From Octopus vulgaris (lineage: Eukaryota), in assembly GCA_951406725.2 (NCBI GenBank), contig OX597824.1, positions 65,534,001-65,598,000 of the forward strand: 64,000 nt of DNA. Direction: 5' to 3'. The notes under the pieces were generated by a model. That model saw nothing but the letters and a program-made list of their open reading frames with translations, did no database searches and had not been told where the DNA came from. A program made the position numbers and the translations under genes. Below, in pieces: positions 29,813 to 43,064 of this stretch (position 1 is the stretch's first letter; each line of letters starts with the position of its first letter).

Positions 29813-30930
29813 AACTGAAATAAGGTACTTTCTTTTCAGTCATCTCTCAAAAAAGTGAACAATTTGTTTTACGTTCACATTTATATATGTATTGCATAAG
29901 GCAATGGTGGAAGACATCTGATGTGCTATGCAGTGAGATTGAATCTGGAACTATGTAGTTGCAAAATGAAATTCTTAGCCACACAGCCAAGCTTGCATAT
30001 TTACAATGCTACACAGTCAAGTATGAAGTGATAAAACAAACGGAATATATCAGTTTATATATGTCGTAATTTCAGTTGAATCACCACCCTTTTAGAAGAC
30101 ATATCAAGATGTGTCTAGGTTTGTACATAATGTTTATTATTAGTACCACACTGGGAGGATGTGGACATATTAATAAAGAGTCAGGGATACATAAATTCCT
30201 ACTACTCTGTGAAAAAAAAACCTCATATTTTTGGAATTTAGTATAATGCCAGTGTTTTGCTAATCTCAGTAATTATTTTAATACTTTAGTCATCAGTTTT
30301 CTTAATTAGGGTTGACTTTAGGCTGTAATCTACATTCCATGTTTAATTACCCCAAACAGGGTCTTGAACACTCAGGAATATTATTACAATGTCATTATAT
30401 TGAAACTATCCCAGCAGTCTCAATATTCATATTGGTTTCAAATTTTGGCATAAGACCAGCAGTTTCAGAGTTAAGTCGATTACACTGACCTCAATGTTCA
30501 ATTGACCCCAAAATGAAAGGTAAAGTCGACCTCAGTGGAATTTGAACTCAGAATGTAAAGATGGATGAAATTCTGCTCAGCATGATTATGCCAGCTTGCC
30601 ACCCAAGTTTTAATATTCATATTAGCCCCAAATATTGTTGGGATCTACACCACTAAACATAAGTGCACCAAAACAGCAATTGTCTTGTTCCAACTGAGTT
30701 CACCTAGCCCACTTCTTCTGTGACCACCATGAACCTACAGGCATATGAAGGAACTTCTACATGAACACATAACTTGCAAGAAATATCAGAAAATGGACAG
30801 GACATATTGGATAATATAGTCCTAGATATCATAAAAAGAAAGGATAGTCACAGTTAGAATACTTCTAATAATAGATCTGCTTGACCAAGGCTGACATGGA
30901 ACTAAACAAAGAGATTTCACTGTCAAAGTT

Positions 30931-30978
30931 TCACTACCACAAAGCATCATATTTCTTGGTGATGCTTTGTGGTAGTGA
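30931..30978. repeat. Perfect 19-bp-stem hairpin with 10-nt loop
   Basis: TCACTACCACAAAGCATCA-tatttcttgg-TGATGCTTTGTGGTAGTGA. Confidence 0.9.
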
Positions 30979-31456
30979 GCTCTCAGAATTCACTGTTACA
31001 TACATCACTCCTAGAAAGAGATGCTAGAAGTATAACTTAGAAAAATCATTTACTTGAAGAATTCTAGTTGAACGACTCAATCCCAATACTTATTTTGTAA
31101 AGCCTGGTACTTATTCTATCAGTCTCTTTTGTTGAACTGCTAAGTTATGGGGACACACCAACACTGGTTAGAGACAAACACACATACACATACATATACA
31201 TAATAGGCTTCTTTCATCTACCAAATCCATTCAAAAGGCTTTAGTTGGCCCAAGGTTATAGTAGAAGACACCTATCCAAAGCGCCACACAGAGGGACTGT
31301 ACCTGGAACCATGTTGTTGAGAGGCAAACTTCTTACCACATAGCCATGCCCTTATGTATCTATGTAATGCAAATAAAATGAAACAATACATCGTTTTTAT
31401 AGATTTTTTTTTTAATGTATAAAAATATTTTAGTTTCCAACACTAATAATACTGCT

Positions 31457-31531
31457 TCAATCTGCAGAAACTGGCATCACTCCATATTCATCAGCTTTAT
31501 CTAATAGAGAGCAGAACATAGTTGATTCAAT
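31457..31531 (-). CDS. ERLEC1: ERLEC1 terminal exon [24 protein letters not shown]
   Basis: ES...C.LL..ADE.G C-terminal motif; TGA stop. Confidence 0.92.
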   Translation of the reverse strand: MESTMFCSLLDKADEYGVMPVSAD

Positions 31532-34500
31532 CTGAAACAAAAAACAAAATGAAAAGTTTACAATTTTTATCAAGAATTTTGTTGCTGGAATTGTTTGTAC
31601 ACATCTATTATTTGTAGAACTTCTTTCAAGAAAAAAAAATTTGTCTCATTTCATTTATTTACTTTTTTAAACAAAGTTCAGCAGCTGAACCTTCAAGTCA
31701 CTTGCCAAAAGGGACTCCAGAAACTTTGCTGAATTGAACCTACCCTTGACTTTTCATCAGAAGCAGCCCTATAATTTAAGCCACTACGTTTGATATCACT
31801 GTGCTTCCAACTTCACATTACACACACAAAACAAAATTCATCCACACTTTCCTTCTCTCATTCAACATATGAACCTACAGGCATATGAAGGAACTTCTAC
31901 ATGAACACATAACTTGCAAGAAATATCAGAAAATATACATGAAGAATTCTCTTATCACTCTGACCCAACAAGGCAACTAGTCCCAACAGTCTCTCCCCTA
32001 TTACTTTCATAGCTAGCAGCTGTTCTTCAGATATAACAGAATCTAGGTAAATCTATGGAGCCATTGCTACAATATATCCCATACTCATGAAGTCCATTCT
32101 ATTTGACCATGACAACTACTGACCTATCAAACTTGCCACTATCAATCACTTCCGTTATCACTCTTCTTCCTCGGTACTGTTTCTATAATGCTAGATCTGT
32201 CAACTCTTGCTCTCCAACATAAGGCATTGGAGGTGTCTTGCACTTGAGAACTTTGGAAAAAACAATGCTATAACCCTTCACATAAGCAACAGTTTTGAAA
32301 TGCATATCTGGCATGAGAACCTGCTGGTTATATTGCTTACAATGGGCTCCATTCATTTTGTATTTTTCACATTGGAAATTACCTGTCAAACATTTTGCTC
32401 CAGTGGAGTGTGTTGACACAGTTCTCTCCATTCAGTACTATCAACTTTAACATGTTCCAATCTCCCACATTCTTTTTAATACCTCAATCACTTTTTTATT
32501 GTAACATCCAATTTATGCAAATAATAGCAATTTTTATGAAGATAATGCCACCTTTCTCTCTTCCTTAACTTTCTGCACTTAGGAATATTCCTTGCCCACA
32601 TACCACTGTATAGTGGTACATCATTTAAGAAATAATGCCTGTACTGTCTTTAAGCATGGGCACACTGGACAGTTGCCCAGGTCCTCACAGGTCTAGGGGT
32701 CCAATTCTAATCTGTAAATACTCTGGTTTGCTGTCAATAAATATTTACTATTGGGTTCAGTGCATTAATTAGCCTATGGACCTATAATGATGGTAAGACA
32801 ATCCTGAGCACTGCTCTACACAATTGTTCAATCTGTAAGAAAAAGCAAACAAATCTTTCTCAAATCACACCCTACTCTCTTAAAACAGAAATGTAGTCCT
32901 AAATACACTGTCTAAATTTGGATGACTTGGTGACAGCTGGAACACACTTGATCATAAATCTACTTTATCAGGGCTAACCTGAAGTTAAACAACTGCTACT
33001 TGCAATAATAAAAAAAACCAATTGTTCCAGATGATGATGATGGTGGTGGTGGTCATTGCAGCTGTTGTATTCAGTTATTGAAAAAGTCAAAAAATTTTGC
33101 TTGTTCATGATTACCTGACTGCTTTATCAACCACTGTTAAAAAAACTACCACCATTGGTAAAAAATCAATAATTGTGAAAACAATGTCTTATGTTATTGA
33201 TCGCAGCTGTTGCATTCAGCAGTTGTGAAATCACATAATTTGCTTATTCATGTGATTATTTGACTGAAAAAAAAAATAGTTTCACACCTAGTGAATGGTA
33301 TACTATACCATACTATCTTTGCAAGCATAAAAACAGAATGTAGAAGAAAAAAAATGTTGTGGGCAAAAGTTATGTTAGTCACACAAACAAGGTACATAAT
33401 TCTGGCTGACCAGCAAAAGAAGAAAAAAAAAAGCCCAAAACAAAGCTGATGTTTCTCCTTCAGTTGGTAAAAGGCATTTGTGCTAACAGTATCCAAATCT
33501 ATAATTTTAGCACAGCCATAGCAGTTAAACAAAATCAATACAGACCAGTAAAATCCAGCCATGGAGGCACTAGGTGCAACAATAGATTGTTATTGCATAG
33601 CTCTAAGTCAGCCTCAATAGAGAAGACCTACAAAGATATTCTGACCACGATCATCTCATATAGTTAGGTGTATGTCAAAATCTTTATTTAAGATGGAGGA
33701 CATGATTTGAGAGATAGTTGGTAGGTATTTCCAGCAGGTCATGTGACCATGCAGATGTTCTTAGATTACTTTCTATTGTCTTAAATAAAGAAAATGCACA
33801 TAAGATACTGTGTCATACATACGACAGCAGAGATGCATTTTTCACACTCAGAATTGTTGAAGCATGGAATAAACTACCCACATCAGTTGTTAGCTGTCAG
33901 GACACTACATGCTTCCTGAAATTCGTCAACAGTACACCTGATGTGAACAGCACACCAGTGTGAACAAGTATAGGAATAGTGCAGAGGAAAAAAACCTAAC
34001 TTTCCTCCATCTGTATTTTGTCAGTCTTTATTAATTTTTCTGTTAAAATATAAAATCCTGCCAAAAATTAAATTTATCAAGTCATTTGCATTACATATTT
34101 ATCTTTATTTTCTTGTCGACCACCATGTTCTATAACAAAATATTTCACAAGCCAATGAGGTATCTTCAATATTAGTGCTCAACATGCAAAAAATAGCAAC
34201 CAAATTACAACATATTGTTTTAATATGTTAGATAATGTTATATCTGGGGGACATGTTGGATTATAATATATCTGGGGGAAAACCATAACAAAGATGGGAA
34301 TATCATAAATAGCATGATGGAATGTTTTTGTTCATAGTTCTGGTTGACAAGAGCTGGTCTAGGGCTAAAGAACAATAACTACAACAAAATGTCACTGTTA
34401 TCAAATTCTGTCTCCCTATGTTAACTGTGTGTTAATATAGGGACACAGTGAATGTTAATTGTTGCAAAATGTCCCACTTATTATCTTTATAAATGAATAG

Positions 34501-36834
34501 CAGGTACACATTGGAAACAGATTAATTTACTTACATTTAAAATGTATTCGCAAGTTTTGGGTTCCATGATGTATAATGCAAAAGAATGTGATCTGCTTAA
34601 ATCTTCAATGCACCTGAGTAAAATAGTAAAAATGTAGAACTTTGATGATGTAACTGCCAGTGTGTCTTACATGACAGGCATATTAGAGAGATAATTTTTA
34701 AAAAAGCACATGAAATAATAGTGAAGCAAAATCATATTTTTATTGTTGTTTTCAGGGTTTAGTCAGAAGAACTGCCCATGACCTTTTTACCCCTGAGACT
34801 AGTAGCAGAAATGGATGAATATCTTCAAACCTAATCTAAATGATTAGAACAGAGTAGACTGTATTAAAAGAATTAAATAGCCAAATTATGGTGTTAAACA
34901 AAGTGACAGATTAAGACTACTACTCACACTGAGGGAAAAGACCTTTGTCACCAAGAGGCAGTGGCTCCATGGACTTTCTCCAACCCATTCTTATTCTGGC
35001 TACTATGCTTTCAGAGCAGCCACTTCCCTAGCCAATCATGTCTCCTTGTTAACTAAAGCTATCAGCTACTTCTAATGAGCCATCTGGGCATTTAAGAGAA
35101 TCTATTTCTGGTTTGCTCCAGTGCATTTATCATATATGAAGCTTATGTTTTCTCTTAGTTTGCCTGGGATTTTACTGCATCCCTTGTGTATTCATAGCTT
35201 ACATTGGGCTCAGTGTATGGAATCCTTATCTGCATATTGAGCAAGATCGTTTCCCCTAAGACACCAGAGTCCTGTCTTCTTTCCCACTTACTAAAACTTT
35301 TGTCTTTGCTAAATTTACCTTAAGACCTCTTGATACTAGGTTTTTGCTTCCATGCTTGGTATATCCTCTCTAATCTCAATTTCAAATGAATAATAATGCT
35401 TGATAAAAAATAGAAAACGTCCTTGGCAAAAAAAAAGTTTTATGAAGCTGTATCATTGATATATTTTGAAAAATAACTTACTTTAATTTAACTTCAACAA
35501 TTCTCTTCTTTCCATTGGCTTCACAGAAGTCTCCGTCAGTATAGAGTAGGGAAATACTCCTATGAATAGAAGAGAGAAGAAACACTCCTGTGATAAAGAA
35601 ACTGAATAAAGCAGAGAAAAGAAACAGCAATGCATATCAGAAACAATTAGATAATCCTTTCTCTCATCTTAATAATACACTGAATTGGTGTATATCATGC
35701 TTTTCTACAGCATTAAACAAATCAGAGATAAATGTGCTCCTGAATAGGACTCATATTCTTCCCTCTAAGAGGAAGTGAACCAACCACAACATGGTACCAA
35801 ACAATTTTTGCAATTTTACAATGCAGTTGCTGTCTGCAACAGTCTACTGTACTTTTTAAAACTCAGAGAAAAGTAGATTTCACCTTCAAAGAATTAAATT
35901 TCTTAGGTCAAAGACATAATTCAGTGGAAGTAAAGGATATGAATCTTTAACTTCTCATATAGTTGTCAGTTATCAGTACTCTGTGAATAACAAATAGTAG
36001 CAATATTAAATTACAAGATGAGAGCATGTATAGATGAAGGGCAGTAGGTACATCTACTACTGCTGTTCCTACATCTTGTTTATCACTTTACTATCAAAAA
36101 CAAAAGACTGAACACTACTCTGAGACTAAGCTCTCCGGAGAATTTAATCATAACCAAGGCTGAAGTTTTCTTGAAATATATTGGCTTCTTTAACAGTAAA
36201 TGAGGTACTCTTTAACACTCATAAATCACTGTTTGTTTAGATAAATATTGAAATTATTGTGACTGCCAGTCAACAGCTGATGAAGGAACTGATCATCAGT
36301 GCTTGCTATATGTAAAATAATAATAATATATACACAAATATTATTTCAAGTTGAGAAATCCAGTGATATATACTACTAGCTTGTTTTGCTTTGGGTGAAT
36401 ACTGTTATGTCAGCATTGAGTATATTCTTTATCCAGCCAAATAAATCAAACCAGAACACTACTATCATGAGAACAAATCTTGCAAAACCATTGCTTATAA
36501 CTTTGTATAAGTAATATAGCTCTACTTTGCTTTAAAACAGATCATGCCAGTGGCATAGCACAAGTTTTGATCACCCTGTATAGTAGCCATATTGGCCACC
36601 CCCTCACTTAAATGCAACATACTTTTCATCATAGTAAACACATTTATAAAATGGAGACCCTGTGTGGCTTACACACCCCATTCTATGCCACTGGTTTTGC
36701 CTTGATTATGCTTGAGAAGTTAGCAGTAAATTGGCTATTATGTAAGTCACAGAATGTTGTGTTGTGTACTGTGAAAGTAATATATATATATTCCACACAA
36801 CACACCTTGACTACTACAGTGCAGCTTGAGAAGC

Positions 36835-36881
<47 letters not shown>

Positions 36882-39800
36882 TGATGTTTAATCCCAAGTT
36901 AACTGAATGAACAGACCTACTAATTATTCCAGTTCAGCAATCCTGTCCTTTGTCTTTAGACATAGTACATATAGGACTATGTTATCCAATGTATCTATCC
37001 TGTTTTAAGACAGTAGTTTGAAGGAGATTGAGATTTGACTGCTATTTCTAGCACATTGAGCATAGAAATTTCATTATTGGCTTAAGATGCATATAGAGTG
37101 GAATGTGTGTGTATTGTGTAAAAATTAAATGCTTTTTAAACTGTTTTGTAACAGGCATGGTATGATGTGTAGAATAGGTGCAGCATGGATGACAAAGAAT
37201 GTGTAGGGTCATTTACTTTCTATGTTTCAACCCTTAAAATATTTTATTGATAAAAATAAACAGATCTCTACAAAAGTAAAGAACTTTATTTTAGTTAAAA
37301 ATTTCCAAAATGTGTTTTGAAGTGGAATCACCTTCTCTTTCCTATTGGTTTTGGTTTTTTCAAAGGATTAGCATGCAACCACTGTAAATGTTTGTCAAGC
37401 CTCCAGTGACCAAGAGTTATAACAGTACGTCCATCATTGCCCTATATTAAAGAAGAATTAATACAGTATAAGTCAAATACTTTTTACCAATGGCAACAAT
37501 GTTATAGAAACAAGATAGTAGAAAAGTAAAGATGAAAAAGTAGAAAAATAAAATAAATGTTAAATGAGAAAAAGTGAGAGAAGGAAAGGTAATATATAAA
37601 AGAAGACAAAAGCACAAAATGAGGAGCTTATAAAGCAGAAGACAGAATAGGATGGCAGGAACAAACTTACGTCATGATATTGCCGAACATATTTGCCATA
37701 ACAAAATTCATGTTTCCACCATCCAGCACCCTGTGAAATAATGAGAATAGTTTCAGATGAAGTATAGCGAAACATCTAATGTATTTCTACTTTAGGACAA
37801 ATAGATAGACCAGTTGATAAAAAAATCTATACTAAACCCTTTTGTACTTATATTTTAATTATTAATTATGAAAAGAATGAAAAAAATTTAAAGAGACATT
37901 TTATTAAAATGGTGTTTGGAAATCAACTTAGCTAAAGGAGTTCACATAAAATTATGGAGGAAGATTTTAATTTAAATATGATAATTTTAATATAGGTAGT
38001 TTTGTTTCATTGAACCACAGGTGGTCCCTGAGGGTAGGCTGGTATCAAAACAGTTAAGCTTTGGTAAAAAATAAATACTGTGAGAGGGAGACTAGTCAAC
38101 TGGTTTGGACTTGAACATCCAATGACAATGGACAAATCAAAAGCGGAACATTAGACTATTCATCATCATCATTTAATATCCCTTCTCCATGCTGGCATGG
38201 GTTGGACAGTTTGACCAGGGCTAGTAAGCTGAGGTACTGCACCAGACTCTAGTTTGATTTGGCATTGTTTTTACAGGTGGATGTCCTTCCTAACACCAAC
38301 CACTCCATGAGTGTAATGGATGTCAGTTGGCATAAGACCAGTATCTGCCACAACTATGATTTCACTTAGCTTGATGGGTCTTCTTCTCAAGCATATCATT
38401 TGTCATTGCCTCTGTGAGGCCTGGTGTTCAGAAGGTGCTTTTTACATAGGTTCTAGTTACATGACACCAGCATCAGCTACATAGCCTCTGTGAAGCCCAA
38501 CACTTGAAAGGTGCTTTTTATGGGCCACCAGAACGGGATATTGATGATAATAATGATCCTAACGATGTTGACAGAGATAGTGATGAATATGACAATGATA
38601 AGCATTGTATTGGAGATAATTATAATGAGAAATAACTTGTCAGAATGTACTGAAGATAGTGCAGAGTAGTAAGATAGAGCAAACACTTGATTTATGATCT
38701 GGTGCCTATTTCTAATAATGACTCAAATTTGAAGAGATTAGTATAAAACTGCATTGATGAAATAGTATAACAAATGAATTGGAGAAGACATAGTATTGTA
38801 ATAACCCAAAGAGTAAAGATTTTTGGTAAGGCACAGCTTAAAACAATCCATTAACTTTCTTCTGAATCTTGTTTATATTAAAGTCAGTTTGCCAAGACAA
38901 GAGCTGTGATCAGAAATGTGAATATATTTGAAGCATTGTAAAGAATTAAATGTTTTACATACACCTTTCAGACAATCTGTTCCACTGAGGAAATCTCTGA
39001 TGGTCTGTTCATCTGTAGCTAGTCCTATACCACCATTTCCTGTCGACATGGTTATCTTTGTTTTCTGATCATACACCTCAGTTTTCTGTGTGAATTTCCT
39101 TTTGTCATGTAAATTTATCTTGAAGAGGCTTGATTTGTCAAATACCTGAACAAACAAAAAAATTATATAATGATATCATACAAAGTACAAGTGAAATGTG
39201 GTCCCCAAAATTAATCATGATGATTCAGATCATATCAGTAGAGAAATTGGACATAAAATTATGATGATATACAATGGTTTTTGCACAGTTTTCATCTACC
39301 AAGTCTCAATCACAAGATGGCACATTGGCAGAGTCATTAGATTGTTGGATAGATTGCCCTGCAGTATTATTAATTCTGACTCTGTACCGAGTCCAAATTT
39401 TTCCAAAGTGAATAGTTAAGATTGTTAGAGGGTCAAGCAATATTCCTTACAGAATCTGTTCTGGCTAATTACATTCAGACAGTAACACCTGTGATGACAC
39501 TGATGCCAAGCTGTATTCACCCAAGTTGGTAGCTTTTCTTTTGGATAAGGATTGGTGATGTGGAGAAGGGAAACTTGCCTGCATGGGTAACTGCTAGTCT
39601 TCCTCAAAAATTCTTGCCCAGGCCTGCACATACATTTGCATATGCTTGGTCTGTCGATGCTACACTGACTTTACATATTTGCTCTTTCTTTCTTCTCTGT
39701 TCATACACTACTAAACACATAAATGTGCATCCCATACGTACATCTGAATACATTTACATTGCACACACTATAAAATGCATAGCATGCACACAAACACTTA

Positions 39801-42800
39801 CAAACACATTGCTAGCAGTAGACATAAAATTACTATGGTTAGAAGATGCCAACCTACTTCAGCTGCTTATGTCTCTAAGCTTGGAAATAGCTGAACAGGT
39901 TCACAATACCAAATCAGTAGATTTCAATGCAAATGCACATGCTCAAATGCACATGAATATGCAACTGCTGACCCACTGGTAGACACTACACTGACTCACC
40001 AGTGTACATGCACATGTCTATGTATGAGTCACTCACTCAGTTACACATTTAGCTGCACTCATCTGGCTCACATACATACACATATCCTCTTCAGATCATC
40101 TTTCTTAGTACTTTTATAATTATACTCTGGGCTAACATTTAACATTTCTGATTTCTCTTGCATAGCATTCATTTTGAGTTTATTTCAAATAACTGGTTTT
40201 TACAGCACATGCTTGTACAAGTACTTCGTGCACAAGACAGCACTGCATTGTGCATGAAAAATATCTTCTGATAGTGCTCTAGCTCTTTTCAGCTAGATGA
40301 GCTGCTCCCCACCTATGCAACTCAACCAACATTTTTAGTCTTGCATTCATCCTTTTCTAATGCATGCTCCTTTCAATACTTCACATCTGCAATTCCTGCA
40401 TTGTTCTCATCATTTCATTCGATTCATTGTGAATGAACATTTTCATTGGCAGGAGAGTCATGTAACAGGAATATTTAGCAATCAGATCACTATAGCTGAG
40501 GTTGTGATTTGCTACAATATTACCTATATCATAAAAACAAATCAGACCAATCAAGACTTCATGTGGAATTGGCTCCAACAACAATTACATTTTTGGCATG
40601 CATCTTTCTGAGCCTAACCATCACTACATATCCAGTGCACCCTAACTACTATGACAAACAGTGGATGGTAGACATAAGACCAATCATAAAGGATTGCAGT
40701 ACACAGATGGTTTACCAAACACTGGATCAACACAAAAACAATAAACAGACAGTAAATCAGAGACATCAGAAGACAGTAGCACAATCAACAGCTAACCACA
40801 ATGGATGAATGGTAACAGTAACACAAGGACCAACTAAAATTTTAACTGCTGCCACAATTACACCAATCCACAAATAATAATCATCAAACACTCTCAGTGT
40901 TCTGTTGTTCTTATTAACATCTTGTTTATGATAAGAATAAATATTTTTTCATAAAAAATCTCAAACAGATTTCAGTGTTCTTCTTTGTAACATATGTATA
41001 TGTGAGTAAATGCATTTGTATATGTTTATATATGTGTTATGGATATATATATATTGTGTGTATTTATGTATATACATCAGTATGCATGCACACACTCACA
41101 CAGATATATAAATGTGTAAAACTAGATATCCACTGTTTTCAACAATTGAATTGGCATATAAGTGGTTTATCATTCCGCAGACACATTATTGTCATCATCA
41201 TCATCATCATCATTTAATGTTCCCTCTTCCATGCTGGCATGGGTTGGACAGTTCAACAAGAACAGATGAGCCAGAGGGCTACACCAGGTTTTACATCTGC
41301 TTTGGTATGGTTTCTTCAAATGGACGGCTTTCCTACAGTCAACTACTTAACAGAGTGTACTGGGTGCTTTTTATGTGGTCCCAGTACCCGTGAGATCACT
41401 AAGTACCTGCAAGATAAAACTCCTCTACTGAGTGCAGTATAGGATGGAGGGATATGGCCTTCTACATAGTTTCCATCTACTCAATTTCACTTATAAGACT
41501 TGGATTGACCCAAAGCATATATGTTTATATGTAACTGTGACTATGTGTCAGTCGTCTTTCAATAAGAAGTGTAGGGATAATTATGTGAGTTTAGAGTTTG
41601 ACCCTTAGCCATAACAGACCCAAATATTCTACCTGTTTTATGTTCAAATTGGCCAGATCCAGCCTCTCACACTTACTCTACAATGTCATTCTAAAAATGA
41701 ATGATCTCCTCTTCAAAATCTTGAAGCTACAACATAAAGCATGATTAATTCAGGGTGCATGGCTCAGTGGTTTGAGGTTGTGAGTTTGATTCCTGAATTG
41801 AGCTGTGTGTTGTGTCCTTGAACAAGACACTTTATTTCACATTGCTTCAGTTCACTCAGCTGTAGAAATGACTTGTCATGTCATTGGTGCCAAGCTGTAC
41901 CAGCCTTTGCCTTTCCCTTGGATAACATCAGCATCATGGAGAGGAGAGGGTGGTATGCATGGATGATTGCTGGTCTTCCATAAACAACCTTGTGTCTTGG
42001 AGGGAAAATTTCTAGGTGCAATCCCACGATCATTCAAAACAATATGAACAAATAAACATTACCTTTGACAGTAATCTGAATACTAAAGGGTTAAACTCAG
42101 TTGTTGCAGACAAGTGGGTCAAAGGAAGATCATTAATTTGGAAGCAAAAGAAATTACATAAAAAAGGTTAATGCCTTGCTTACATTAGCTTCATCTTCAA
42201 AAGGAAGACCATATCGATTTTCCTCAGCCAAACGGTCCATATTTACAGGACGCACTGGAGCACCTTCAACAGAATGGCAATTTATCTTGCCAATATGTGG
42301 ATTCTTGGGTCTAGAATTGAATAACAGGAATACAGAATTATAGTTTTGAGAGAGAGAGAGAGAGCAAGAGAGAGAATATTTTAACTTATTGTAGATGAAC
42401 CAGAGATTAAATCTAGCTGGTTGCATTCTGTGTTTACTAAAACAGAAACACACACACACATATTGTCATTTTATGCTGTATTATTCCACTTTTTTTCCTG
42501 TCTCTCTTTTTCATCCTTTACTTCATTTTTACTGTCTTGTTTCAGTTAAGTCTCAAGTGGTAATTTGTAAAAGACACAGACGAGTTCTGGTGTTAGAAAA
42601 GAAAGCTATTAATTATTTAGAATTTTATATATTCTTTACCTGGTTTCAGCTGTTGTGTATTCTTGCCTTGATATTTTGTGATGGCTGTGAATGAGCAACT
42701 GTGATACAGACATTGCACATTTTCAATCTTTGGTGAAAAACATGTCAGGCCATGAGGAAATATAACTTTTCTTGGAAGCAGGTAAAAGTTGGTGACAAGA

Positions 42801-43023
42801 AAGGCGTCTTAGCCATAAAAAAGTCTGCCTCAATGAATTCCATCTGATCCATGCAAGCATGGAAAAGTGGATGTCAAAATTATGATAACGATGGAGAGAA
42901 AAGTGTTGGATAAAGACAAACACTCATATATGCAACAATGATGACTGCAATTCAAACCACCAACTTCATATGCTGTAGTTCAGAACCTTATTGACATAGT
43001 CATATTCTTTCGGGGAGGGAGGA

Positions 43024-43064
<41 letters not shown>

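Larger units (their letters stand above)
30729..31934 (+). repeat. Exact 66-bp direct repeat (30729-30794 and 31869-31934)
   Basis: ATGAACCTACAGGCATATGAAGGAACTTCTACATGAACACATAACTTGCAAGAAATATCAGAAAAT occurs twice, offset by 1140 bp. Confidence 0.95.

Noticed and set aside
39560-40808. Several 67-140 aa ORFs in an ERLEC1 intron
   Set aside because: No recognisable motifs or splice structure; CA-rich low complexity and probable old repeat debris.
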